From the NCBI GenBank assembly GCA_903923135.1, contig CAIXWN010000091.1, forward strand, positions 91 to 64,090: a stretch of DNA of 64,000 nt, in the 5' to 3' direction. A model generated the notes under the pieces. It searched no databases. It was not told where the DNA came from and saw only the letters and a program-made list of their open reading frames with translations. Of this stretch, positions 22,166-30,843 are shown one piece after another (within the stretch, counting starts at the first letter, position 1; each line of letters begins with the position of its first letter). The DNA is from an uncultured Caulobacteraceae bacterium (GTDB lineage: Bacteria; Pseudomonadota; Alphaproteobacteria; Caulobacterales; Caulobacteraceae). Position numbers and translations under genes: made by a program.

Positions 22166-22909
22166 ATGGCTTCCATTTTTAAAAACCACGCCAAGCTTGA
22201 GCGGCACTCCATGCTGCTCCTGCTGTTCATCGTCATCGTCGTCTCCATCGGCGGGCTGGTGGAAATCACCCCGCTGTTCTTCCTGGAGAGCACCATCGAG
22301 AAGGTGGACGGCATGCGTCCCTACACGCCGCTCGAGGTGGAGGGTCGCGACATCTACATTCGCGAGGGGTGCTATCTGTGCCACTCGGCCATGATCCGGC
22401 CCCTGCGGGACGAGGTGGAGCGCTACGGCCACTACAGCCTGGCCGCTGAGAGCATGTACGACCACCCCTTCCAATGGGGATCCAAGCGCAACGGTCCCGA
22501 TCTGGCGAGGGTCGGCGGCAAGTATTCCGACGCCTGGCACCGCGATCACCTGATCAATCCACGATCGCTGGTGCCGGAGTCGATCATGCCTCCCTACCGT
22601 TTCCTGGCCGAGCATGACCTCGACTACCGCGACATCAAGGACAAGCTGCGGACGCTGAAGACCGTCGGCGTTCCCTACAGCGAGGCGGAGATCGCTTCGG
22701 CGGCTGAGGACCTGAAGGCTCAGGCCGATCCGAACCAGAGCCCGACCAAGCTCAAGGCCCACTATGGCGACAAGCTCAATATCCGCGACTTCGGCGGCGG
22801 ACCCGACCGGGTCACGGAGATGGACGCCCTGATCGCCTACCTGCAGATGCAGGGCACGCTGGTCGACTTCTCCACCTACAAGGCCGACGCGCCGGCGAAC
22901 ACGCGGTGA
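22166..22909 (+). CDS. ccoO: cbb3-type cytochrome c oxidase subunit II (monoheme)
   Basis: 247 aa with an N-terminal TM segment and heme c motif CYLCHS. Confidence 0.95.
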   Translation: MASIFKNHAKLERHSMLLLLFIVIVVSIGGLVEITPLFFLESTIEKVDGMRPYTPLEVEGRDIYIREGCYLCHSAMIRPLRDEVERYGHYSLAAESMYDHPFQWGSKRNGPDLARVGGKYSDAWHRDHLINPRSLVPESIMPPYRFLAEHDLDYRDIKDKLRTLKTVGVPYSEAEIASAAEDLKAQADPNQSPTKLKAHYGDKLNIRDFGGGPDRVTEMDALIAYLQMQGTLVDFSTYKADAPANTR

Positions 22910-22915
22910 TCAGAG

Positions 22916-23074
22916 ATGACCTATGAAACCGTGGCCAAGTTCGCCCAGCAGGGCGGGGCCATCTACTTTTTCCTGATTTTCCTGGGTGGCTGCGCCTACG
23001 CGTTCTGGCCTCGTAACCGAGCCGAATTCGATCACGCGGCGCGCCTGCCCCTGGATGAGGACAACGGACTATGA
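22916..23074 (+). CDS. ccoQ: cbb3-type cytochrome oxidase small subunit CcoQ
   Basis: 52-aa ORF absent from the track: MTYETVAKFAQQGGAIYFFLIFLGGCAYAFWPRNRAEFDHAARLPLDEDNGL. It has a single TM segment and sits in the canonical slot between ccoO and ccoP. Its stop overlaps the ccoP start (ATGA). Confidence 0.8.
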   Translation: MTYETVAKFAQQGGAIYFFLIFLGGCAYAFWPRNRAEFDHAARLPLDEDNGL

Positions 23075-23940
23075 GCGGCAAGCGTACGACCGACCCGCAC
23101 AGCGGGACCGAAACCACCGGCCACGAGTGGGATGGCATCACCGAACTGGATACGCCGCTGCCGCGCTGGTGGCTGTGGATCTTCTATGGCTGCATCGCCT
23201 TCGCCATTGGCTACTGGGTCCTGATGCCGTCCTGGCCCTACCCGGGCGGCTACACCAAGGGCTTGCTGCACAACTCGACGCGAGCCCAGGTCGCCGTGGA
23301 CCTGGCCGCCCTGAAGGCTCAGCGCGCCGTTCAGGGCCAGGCCCTGACCAACGCGTCTCTCGAACAGATCGAGAAGGATCCGAAGCTGCAGGCCTACGCC
23401 CTGACCCTCGGCCAGATCACCTTCAACGAGAACTGCACCGCCTGCCACGGCCATGGCGGCACGGGGTCCAAGGGCTACGCCAACCTGCGGGACGACGTCT
23501 GGCTGTGGGGCGGCTCTCTTGAAGACATCCAGACAACCATCACCCATGGCATCCGCAGCCAGGATCCCGAGACGCGCATGTCCAAGATGCCGTCCTTCGG
23601 CGCCGACGGCCTGCTGAAGCCGGGCGAGGTGAACGATCTGACCGAGTATGTCGTCGCGCTATCGCACCGTAAGGCCAGCGCCGGCGCCGTCGCCCGGGCC
23701 GCTCCGCTGTTCGCCAACAACTGCGCCGTCTGCCACGGCCCCGAGGGCAAGGGCAATCAGGCCTTCGGCGCGCCGAATCTTACCGATCGCGACTGGCTCT
23801 ATGGGCCCGACCGCGCCTCGATCCACGACCAGATCTGGTACGGCCGTGGCGGCGTGATGCCCAACTGGGGCGCCCGCCTTGACGCGAACACGATCAAGGC
23901 GCTGACCGTCTATATTCACGCCAACGCCGGCGGGTCCTGA
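23071..23940 (+). CDS. ccoP: cbb3-type cytochrome c oxidase subunit III (diheme)
   Basis: 289 aa with two CxxCH motifs (CTACHG and CAVCHG). Confidence 0.95.
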   Translation: MSGKRTTDPHSGTETTGHEWDGITELDTPLPRWWLWIFYGCIAFAIGYWVLMPSWPYPGGYTKGLLHNSTRAQVAVDLAALKAQRAVQGQALTNASLEQIEKDPKLQAYALTLGQITFNENCTACHGHGGTGSKGYANLRDDVWLWGGSLEDIQTTITHGIRSQDPETRMSKMPSFGADGLLKPGEVNDLTEYVVALSHRKASAGAVARAAPLFANNCAVCHGPEGKGNQAFGAPNLTDRDWLYGPDRASIHDQIWYGRGGVMPNWGARLDANTIKALTVYIHANAGGS

Positions 23941-23955
23941 GCCGGCAGGGGGAAC

Positions 23956-25467
23956 GTGGCCGTGGTCACCGTTATTGAGCGCAAGAGGTCGGAGGCGTCG
24001 GTTGCCCCTGCGGAAACTGTTTCCGTGGCGGCCACCGCCCGCGCCAAGGCCGTTGGAGGCGAGGGGCTCTACAAGAAGCGGACGCCCATCTACCCCAAGC
24101 TCGTGCGTGGCCGTTGGCGCAACGTCAAGTGGCTCCTGCTGGTGGTCACGCTCGGCATCTACTGGATCACGCCGTGGCTGCGCTGGGCCAGGCCGGCCGG
24201 GCTGCCTCAACAGGCCGTACTGGTCGATTTCACCGGCGGACGGTTCTATTTCTTCTTCATCCAGCTGTGGCCACAGGAGGTCTATTTCTTCACCGGGCTG
24301 CTGATCATCGCCGCCCTGGCCCTGTTCCTGGTGACGGCTCTGTATGGACGGCTGTGGTGCGGGTACGCCTGTCCCCAGACGGTGTGGACAGACCTCTACA
24401 TTGCCGTGGAACGGACGTTCGAGGGCGACCGCAACGCCCGCATGAAGCTCGACGCCTCACCACTGTCCTTCGACAAGGCCTGGCGCAAGGGCGGCAAGCA
24501 CGCCGTCTGGCTGGCGATCGCCCTGGCGACCGGCGGCGCCTGGGTGTTTTATTTCCACGACGCGCCGACCTTGTGGAAGAATTTCTGGGTCGGGCAGGCC
24601 CCCCTGACGGCCTATGTGTCGGCGGCGGTGCTGACCTTCACCACCTATTCCCTCGCCGGGACCATGCGGGAGCAGGTCTGCACCTATCTGTGCCCGTGGC
24701 CGCGCATCCAGGGCGCCATGCTCGACCACCATTCGCTGCAGGTGATCTATCTGAAGGATCGCGGCGAACCCCGTTCACCGCACAAGAAGAACCAGTCCTG
24801 GGAGGGTCGCGGAGACTGTGTCGACTGCCAGCAATGCGTGATCGTCTGCCCGATGGGGATCGACATCCGGGACGGCGGCCAGATCGAGTGCATCAACTGC
24901 GGACTATGCGTCGACGCCTGCAACGAGATCATGGTCCGGGTGGGGCGCCCCACGGGTCTCATCGGCTACGACAGCGACGATGCGGTCGACGGCAGGCTGG
25001 TCGGCCGGCCGCCAGCCTACAAGTTCGTTCGTGCACGGACGATCTACTATGGCGTGGCGCTGCTGTTGGTGTGCGGACTGCTGACCTGGGGGCTGCTGAC
25101 GAGGAGCCCGGTGGTTTTCGATGTGCTCCGCGACCGGGATCCCACCTTTATCAGCCTCCATGATGGCTCCATCCGTGACGGCTACACCCTCAAGGTGGCC
25201 AACCGGACGTTCGATCGTCAGGTGTTCACCGTCACGGTGAACGGACTTTCACGGTACAGTCTGAAGACACCGGGCGATCCGGCCTCTTCAAGTGCGCTTA
25301 CCCTCGTGGCCGAACCCAACCAGGTCGCCTCCATGCGCCTGCTCGTTTCGGCCCCGGCCGACGCACTGTCCGCTCCGGCGCTTCCCGTCACCTTCCAGAT
25401 CCGCTCGAAGACCGTCACCGCCGTCAAGCGGTCGGTGTTCCTGTCGGGACAGGCGAACACCCTATGA
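23956..25467 (+). CDS. ccoG: cytochrome c oxidase accessory protein CcoG/FixG (4Fe-4S)
   Basis: 503 aa. Contains Cys clusters CVDCQQCVIVCP and CINCGLCVDACN. Confidence 0.9.
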   Translation: MAVVTVIERKRSEASVAPAETVSVAATARAKAVGGEGLYKKRTPIYPKLVRGRWRNVKWLLLVVTLGIYWITPWLRWARPAGLPQQAVLVDFTGGRFYFFFIQLWPQEVYFFTGLLIIAALALFLVTALYGRLWCGYACPQTVWTDLYIAVERTFEGDRNARMKLDASPLSFDKAWRKGGKHAVWLAIALATGGAWVFYFHDAPTLWKNFWVGQAPLTAYVSAAVLTFTTYSLAGTMREQVCTYLCPWPRIQGAMLDHHSLQVIYLKDRGEPRSPHKKNQSWEGRGDCVDCQQCVIVCPMGIDIRDGGQIECINCGLCVDACNEIMVRVGRPTGLIGYDSDDAVDGRLVGRPPAYKFVRARTIYYGVALLLVCGLLTWGLLTRSPVVFDVLRDRDPTFISLHDGSIRDGYTLKVANRTFDRQVFTVTVNGLSRYSLKTPGDPASSSALTLVAEPNQVASMRLLVSAPADALSAPALPVTFQIRSKTVTAVKRSVFLSGQANTL

Positions 25468-25952
25468 CCAGCACCCCCCGTCCGGCCAGCTTCGTGATCA
25501 AGGGCTGGCACGTCCTGGCGGCCTTCATCGTGTTCTTTGGCGTCGATATCGCGGTGAATGCGATCTTCATGGTCTCGGCCTTCCGCACCTTCCCCGGCGA
25601 AACGTCGATGACGCCCTACGAGGACGGCGTGGCCTATAACGCCACCCTGCGCCAGAAGCGGGCCCAAGCGGCCCTTGGCTGGAGGGTCGCCGCGGGGCCT
25701 GACGGCGCGGATGCGGTGCGGGTCGATGTCTCCGATCGCACCGGCGCCCCGCTCGAGGGTCTGAAGGTCACGGTGCATCTCGAACGCCCCGCCACGGAGG
25801 CCGGTCAACGCAGCTTCGATCTCCGTGAGGTTCAGCCCGGCGTCTACAAGGTCCGCACGGGGGTGCTCTCCGGCGCCTGGGATCTCGACGTCACCGCCCG
25901 AAATGACCGGGGCGATGTGGCCAAGGCGGACCGGCGACTCTCCGCGCCATGA
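25464..25952 (+). CDS. ccoH: FixH/CcoH-family protein
   Basis: 162 aa with one N-terminal TM segment. It sits between ccoG and the P-type ATPase, with ATGA overlaps at both ends. Confidence 0.8.
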   Translation: MTSTPRPASFVIKGWHVLAAFIVFFGVDIAVNAIFMVSAFRTFPGETSMTPYEDGVAYNATLRQKRAQAALGWRVAAGPDGADAVRVDVSDRTGAPLEGLKVTVHLERPATEAGQRSFDLREVQPGVYKVRTGVLSGAWDLDVTARNDRGDVAKADRRLSAP

Positions 25953-28132
25953 CTGCGCTTGCCGCCGACCTCTCCGGGTTCCTCACCCCCACCGGCGAGG
26001 AGGGACAACAACGGCTGGAGCTGATGGTCACCGGCGCGCGCTGCGCTGGCTGTATGAACAAGATCGAGAAGGGCGTTGCGACGCTGCCGTCCGTCAGCCG
26101 GGCGCGCTTCAATCTGTCGACGGGCAAGCTGCTCGTGCTGTTCGAAGGTCCGGAGGCTGATCCGGCGCGGGTGGTGCGCGCCCTTGAGGATCTGGGCTAC
26201 CCGGCCCGGCTCTACGATCCCTCATTGATCGAGAAGGACCACGACCGGGAGGGACGTCGCCTGACCCTCGCCCTTGGCGTCGCCGGTTTCGGCGTGCTCA
26301 ACGTGATGATGTTCACCGTGCCGGCGTGGGCCGGGCTGTTCGGTCAGGAACTGCAGCCCGCCACCCGTACGGTGATGTACTGGTTCGCGGCGCTGATCGC
26401 CACGCCCTGCACCCTCTACGCCGGCATGCCCTTCTTCACGTCGGCCTGGTCGTCCCTGCGCCGGGGCAAGGCCAACATGGACGTGCCGATCACCATCGGC
26501 GTGTTGCTCACCCTGGCGATCAGCTACTACGAGACGGTGCGAGGCGGGCGTCACGCCTATTTCGACGCCGCCGTCACCCTGATCTTTCTGCTGCTCATCG
26601 GCCGGTTCCTCGATCACAAGCTCAAGGCGCGCGCCCGCAGCGCCGCGCGCGACCTGCTGTCGTTGCAGACCACGATCGCTCACAGGATCGACGCCACGGG
26701 CGCCGAGAACGGGATCCCGGTCGCCCAGGTCGCGGTGGGCGACCGCCTGGCGGTGGCGCCAGGCGAACGCATTCCGGTCGACGCCCGGGTCGAGGCGGGC
26801 AGATCCTCCCTGGACAACGCCCTGATCAGCGGCGAGACCCTGCCCCTGGCCGTGGCGCCCGGGTCGCAGGTCCATGCCGGGGCGCTGAACCTCTCCGGTC
26901 GCCTCGTTCTGCGCGCCGAAGCGCAGGTTCAGGATTCCACCCTGGCCGAAATCGCCCGGCTGATGGAGGCGGGCGCGCAATCGAAGTCCGCCTATGTGCG
27001 GCTGGCCGATCGGGCGGCGGCGCTCTATGTGCCAACCGTTCACACCGTGGCCGCCCTGACCTTCGGGCTCGGCTGGGCTCTGGGTCTGGGACCGCACGAG
27101 GCCTTGATGCGGGCCGCGGCGGTGCTGATCATCACCTGTCCCTGCGCCCTGGGTCTGGCGGTGCCGGCGGTGCAGGTGACCGCCAGCGGCCGCCTCTTCC
27201 GGGCCGGTGTGCTTGTCAAGTCGGGCGCGGCCCTCGAGCGCCTCGCGGCCGTCGACTATGTGGTCTTCGACAAGACCGGGGTGCTGACGGAAGGTCGACC
27301 GCGACTGATCGAAGGACCCTCGGCCGTCCTTGAGGCTGCGGCGCGGCTGGCGCGGGGATCGCGGCATCCGCTGGCGGGCGCGCTGGCTCTGGCCGCCGGT
27401 CCCGGACCGGCCGCCGACGCGGTCATCGAGACGGCCGGCCAGGGAGTCGTGGGGCTTATCGATGGCCGTCCTGCGCGCCTGGGGCGGGCCGATTTCGTGG
27501 GCGCGACCGGTGAGACGCCGACCGAAACGGAACTGTGGTTCGCCCTTGACGGCGAGTCGCCCCACAGGTTCCGTTTCGCCGACACCCTCCGTTCGGATGC
27601 CATCCAGACCGTGGAGCGCCTGAAAGCCCTGGGCCTGGGGGTCGAGATTCTGTCCGGCGACACGGCGGCGGCCGTCGAGCGTGCGGCGGCGGCCACGGGC
27701 GTCGAGCGCTGGAGCGCCGGCGTGACTCCGATCGAGAAGGCGGCCGTGATCCGCAGGCTCGGCGAAGCCGGCTATCACGTCCTGATGGTCGGCGACGGCC
27801 TCAACGACGCGGCGGCTCTGGCCGGCGCCCACGCCTCCATGGCGCCCGGCGCCGCGGTGGACGCGAGCCAGAACGCGGCCGATCTGGTGTTCAGCGGCGA
27901 AGCCCTCGGGGGTGTGGTCCTGGCCATACGGACGGCCCGGGCCGCTCGCCGCCGGGCCCTGGAAAACTTTGCGTTTTCGGCGCTCTACAATCTCGTCGCA
28001 GCCCCGGCGGCGGTGTTCGGCCTGGTCAATCCGTTCGTCGCGGCCATCGCCATGTCATCCTCTTCCCTGATCGTCACGCTCAACGCCCTGCGGATGAATC
28101 TCGTAGGCCGGGCCGAAAAGGGCGCCCCGTGA
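25949..28132 (+). CDS. ccoI: copper-translocating P1B-type ATPase CcoI/FixI
   Basis: 727 aa. Contains an N-terminal CxxC (GARCAGC), CPC (ITCPCALG), the phosphorylation site FDKTGVLT and the hinge motif MVGDGLNDA. Confidence 0.95.
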   Translation: MTALAADLSGFLTPTGEEGQQRLELMVTGARCAGCMNKIEKGVATLPSVSRARFNLSTGKLLVLFEGPEADPARVVRALEDLGYPARLYDPSLIEKDHDREGRRLTLALGVAGFGVLNVMMFTVPAWAGLFGQELQPATRTVMYWFAALIATPCTLYAGMPFFTSAWSSLRRGKANMDVPITIGVLLTLAISYYETVRGGRHAYFDAAVTLIFLLLIGRFLDHKLKARARSAARDLLSLQTTIAHRIDATGAENGIPVAQVAVGDRLAVAPGERIPVDARVEAGRSSLDNALISGETLPLAVAPGSQVHAGALNLSGRLVLRAEAQVQDSTLAEIARLMEAGAQSKSAYVRLADRAAALYVPTVHTVAALTFGLGWALGLGPHEALMRAAAVLIITCPCALGLAVPAVQVTASGRLFRAGVLVKSGAALERLAAVDYVVFDKTGVLTEGRPRLIEGPSAVLEAAARLARGSRHPLAGALALAAGPGPAADAVIETAGQGVVGLIDGRPARLGRADFVGATGETPTETELWFALDGESPHRFRFADTLRSDAIQTVERLKALGLGVEILSGDTAAAVERAAAATGVERWSAGVTPIEKAAVIRRLGEAGYHVLMVGDGLNDAAALAGAHASMAPGAAVDASQNAADLVFSGEALGGVVLAIRTARAARRRALENFAFSALYNLVAAPAAVFGLVNPFVAAIAMSSSSLIVTLNALRMNLVGRAEKGAP

Positions 28133-28284
28133 ACATCCTGATGTTTTTGGCCCCGACCTCCGTCCTTCTGGGGCTGCTGGGACTCGTCGCATTCTGGTGG
28201 ACGGTGAAGCACAACCAGTACGAGGACCCCGACGGCGACGCCGCCCGCATTCTCGACGACCACGAGGACGACGGCCCGCTCTGA
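28129..28284 (+). CDS. ccoS: cbb3 oxidase maturation protein CcoS/FixS
   Basis: 51-aa ORF absent from the track: (GTG)NILMFLAPTSVLLGLLGLVAFWWTVKHNQYEDPDGDAARILDDHEDD. The GTG overlaps the ccoI stop (GTGA). The WW..K..Q(Y/F)(E/D)D motif is typical of the family. Confidence 0.8.
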   Translation: MNILMFLAPTSVLLGLLGLVAFWWTVKHNQYEDPDGDAARILDDHEDDGPL

Positions 28285-28377
28285 CGCGGCAGACCGGTGA
28301 TTTTCGGTCGTCGGGGCGGGCGTGATAGGAGTGACGTCAGGCGCTGCTGGCCGGCGCGACCGCTCAGGAGCCCGTCC

Positions 28378-29385
28378 ATGCGCGTACTTGTTACCGGAAC
28401 GGCCGGTTTCATCGGTTTTCATCTCGCCGCCCGCCTGCTGGCCGACGGCCACGAGGTCACCGGCGTCGACGGAATGACCGACTACTATGACCTGCGGCTG
28501 AAGGGGGCCCGCCGCGCTCTGCTGCAGGCGCACCCCGCGTATCGTGACCACGAGATCATGCTCGAGGACGCCGAAGGACTCCAGGCCGCGGTCGAGGGCG
28601 CGGCTCCTCAGGCCATCGTCCACCTCGCGGCCCAGGCGGGCGTCCGCTACAGCTTGGAGAATCCCCGCGCCTATGTGGATTCCAACCTCGTCGGGACGTT
28701 CAACCTGATGGAGGCGTCGCGCCGACTGAACGTCGGGCACCTGATGCTCGCCTCCACTAGCTCGGTGTACGGCGCCGACGGCCCGGTGCCCTTTCTGGAA
28801 TCGCGCGCCGCCGACCACCCGCTGACCCTGTACGCCGCCAGCAAGAAGGCGGGTGAATCCATGACCCACGCCTACAGTCACCTGTGGGGGATTCCGACGA
28901 CCGTCACGCGATTCTTCACCGTCTATGGGCCTTGGGGACGGCCGGACATGGCGCTGTTCAAGTTCGTCGCCGGAATCCTCAACAACGAGCCGATCGACGT
29001 CTACAACCATGGCCGGATGGAGCGCGACTTCACCTATGTCGACGATCTGGTTGAGGCGCTGATCCGTCTTCTCACGGCGCTTCCGGAGAGGGGACGGCGC
29101 GTCGCGGGGGACCTGGACTCTCTCAGTCCGGTGGCGCCCTGGCGGCTGGTCAACATCGGTCGCGGCCAGCCTGTGTCGCTGATGGCGTTCATCTCCGCGA
29201 TCGAGACAGCGCTGGGCCGCAAGGCCCGCCTGAATCTGCTGCCGATGCAGCCCGGTGACTCTCCGGCCACTTTCGCCGGAGCCGATCTTCTGGAGGCGTT
29301 GACCGGGTTCCGGCCCGCAACGCCGCTGGCGGTCGGCGTGGCCGCTTTCTGCGACTGGTACAAGACCTACCACGGTCTCGACTGA
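28378..29385 (+). CDS. NAD-dependent nucleotide-sugar epimerase (UDP-glucuronate 4-epimerase-like)
   Basis: MRVLVTGTAGFIGFHL Rossmann motif and catalytic YAASK. The internal ATG is preceded by CAGGAG. Confidence 0.85.
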   Translation: MRVLVTGTAGFIGFHLAARLLADGHEVTGVDGMTDYYDLRLKGARRALLQAHPAYRDHEIMLEDAEGLQAAVEGAAPQAIVHLAAQAGVRYSLENPRAYVDSNLVGTFNLMEASRRLNVGHLMLASTSSVYGADGPVPFLESRAADHPLTLYAASKKAGESMTHAYSHLWGIPTTVTRFFTVYGPWGRPDMALFKFVAGILNNEPIDVYNHGRMERDFTYVDDLVEALIRLLTALPERGRRVAGDLDSLSPVAPWRLVNIGRGQPVSLMAFISAIETALGRKARLNLLPMQPGDSPATFAGADLLEALTGFRPATPLAVGVAAFCDWYKTYHGLD

Positions 29386-29409
29386 CGCCGTCGAACAGGC
29401 CCCCTGCCG

Positions 29410-30843
29410 TCAGCGTTCGTGCATCGCCTCGCTGCCTTTGCGGGCGAGGGGCGAGAGCAGGTAGTCGATGATCGTGCGCCGTCCGGTTCTCACTTCGGCG
29501 GTCACCGACATCCCCGGAAGCAGCGTCTCGCGACGCCCGTCGACCACCATGGCGGCCTGGTCCAGGCTGATCCGGGCGACGTAGGTCGGCGACATCTGGG
29601 AGGCTGGCGACGCTGCCCCGACGGTCGGGTCCTCGCCCTGGCGCGTGGCCTGGGCGATGGCGTCCCGGCTCACGTCGATGACCCTGCCGTGCACGAGTCC
29701 GTAGCGGGTGAAGTTGAACGTCTCGATCTTCACTGAGACGTCCTGGCCGGGGTGAACGAATCCCACATCGCGGTTGGCCAGTTGGGCCTCCACCGTCAAC
29801 GGCTGGTTGTCCGGCACGATGATCATCAGCCGCTGGGCCGGGCTGACGACGCCGCCGACCGTGTGTGTCACCAGCTCCTCGACCACCCCGTCGATCGGCG
29901 CGCGGATCTCGGTGGCCGTGGACTTCTGCTGGGCCTTGATCAGCTCCTGAGACAGCTCGTTCTCCTTCTCGCGGGCCTTCTCCAGGTCGGCCAGCACCCC
30001 GGCGTCGAACTCCGAGACGGCCTGGGCCCGCTGGCGTTGCAGGGCCGATGCGGAGGCCCTGGCCTGGTCGAGTCGCCGGGCCTCGACCTCCAGGTCGCGC
30101 CGCGCGTCGCTGAGCTGCTGCTGGGCGTCGAGATTGGCGAAGCTGGTGCCGAAGCCCTGTTCCCTGAGCCGTTCATGCAGGCGCGCCTTTTCGGCCAGCA
30201 TGGGCAGGCTGGCGTTGGTCTTGGCGATCATCGCCGACACCTCGCCCGCTTCTGCTCGCTTTTCGGTGATCTGCTGATCAAGCCCGGCCACCTTGGCCTG
30301 CTGGCCATCGAACTGAGCCCGCAGCGCGGCCCGGGCCTGCTGCAGGTCGTCGGCGGATGCGCCCTCCACGGGGCCCAGGGGTGCCGGAGCGCCGCCATGT
30401 TCGGCCACGGGCTTGAGGGCCGTCAGCCGGGCGACGTCCAGCCGGGCTTCGAGAGCGTCGCGGGCGAGGCGATCCCGGTCGGCGCCCACCGATGTCGGAT
30501 CCAGCGCGATCAGCAGCTGGCCGGTCTTGACATGGTCGCCATCCTGAACGGCGATGACCTTCACCACGCCCGGGTCGAGCGGCTGGATCACCTTGGTCTT
30601 GCCGCTCGGCAGAAGGCGACCGGGGGCGGTGGCGATCACATCCACCTTGCCTAGAAATGACCAGGCGATGGCGATGACGAAAAAGATCCCGATCAACATG
30701 GCCACCCCGCGGCCGGTCGGCGACGGCGGCGTTTCGAGGATCTCCAGCGCGGCGGGCAGGAACTCCCGCTCGTCCTTGCGGTCGAGTCGCTCCACACCCC
30801 GTCGAAGCATTGCGGTGATCATGCCGCCCTGGGCGTCGGTCAT
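29410..30843 (-). CDS. HlyD-family type I secretion periplasmic adaptor
   Basis: Has an N-terminal TM segment, a long coiled-coil and a C-terminal beta-domain (PGMSVTAEVRTGRRTIIDYLLSPL). The ATG at 30843 overlaps the ABC gene stop (ATGA). Confidence 0.9.
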   Translation of the reverse strand: MTDAQGGMITAMLRRGVERLDRKDEREFLPAALEILETPPSPTGRGVAMLIGIFFVIAIAWSFLGKVDVIATAPGRLLPSGKTKVIQPLDPGVVKVIAVQDGDHVKTGQLLIALDPTSVGADRDRLARDALEARLDVARLTALKPVAEHGGAPAPLGPVEGASADDLQQARAALRAQFDGQQAKVAGLDQQITEKRAEAGEVSAMIAKTNASLPMLAEKARLHERLREQGFGTSFANLDAQQQLSDARRDLEVEARRLDQARASASALQRQRAQAVSEFDAGVLADLEKAREKENELSQELIKAQQKSTATEIRAPIDGVVEELVTHTVGGVVSPAQRLMIIVPDNQPLTVEAQLANRDVGFVHPGQDVSVKIETFNFTRYGLVHGRVIDVSRDAIAQATRQGEDPTVGAASPASQMSPTYVARISLDQAAMVVDGRRETLLPGMSVTAEVRTGRRTIIDYLLSPLARKGSEAMHER

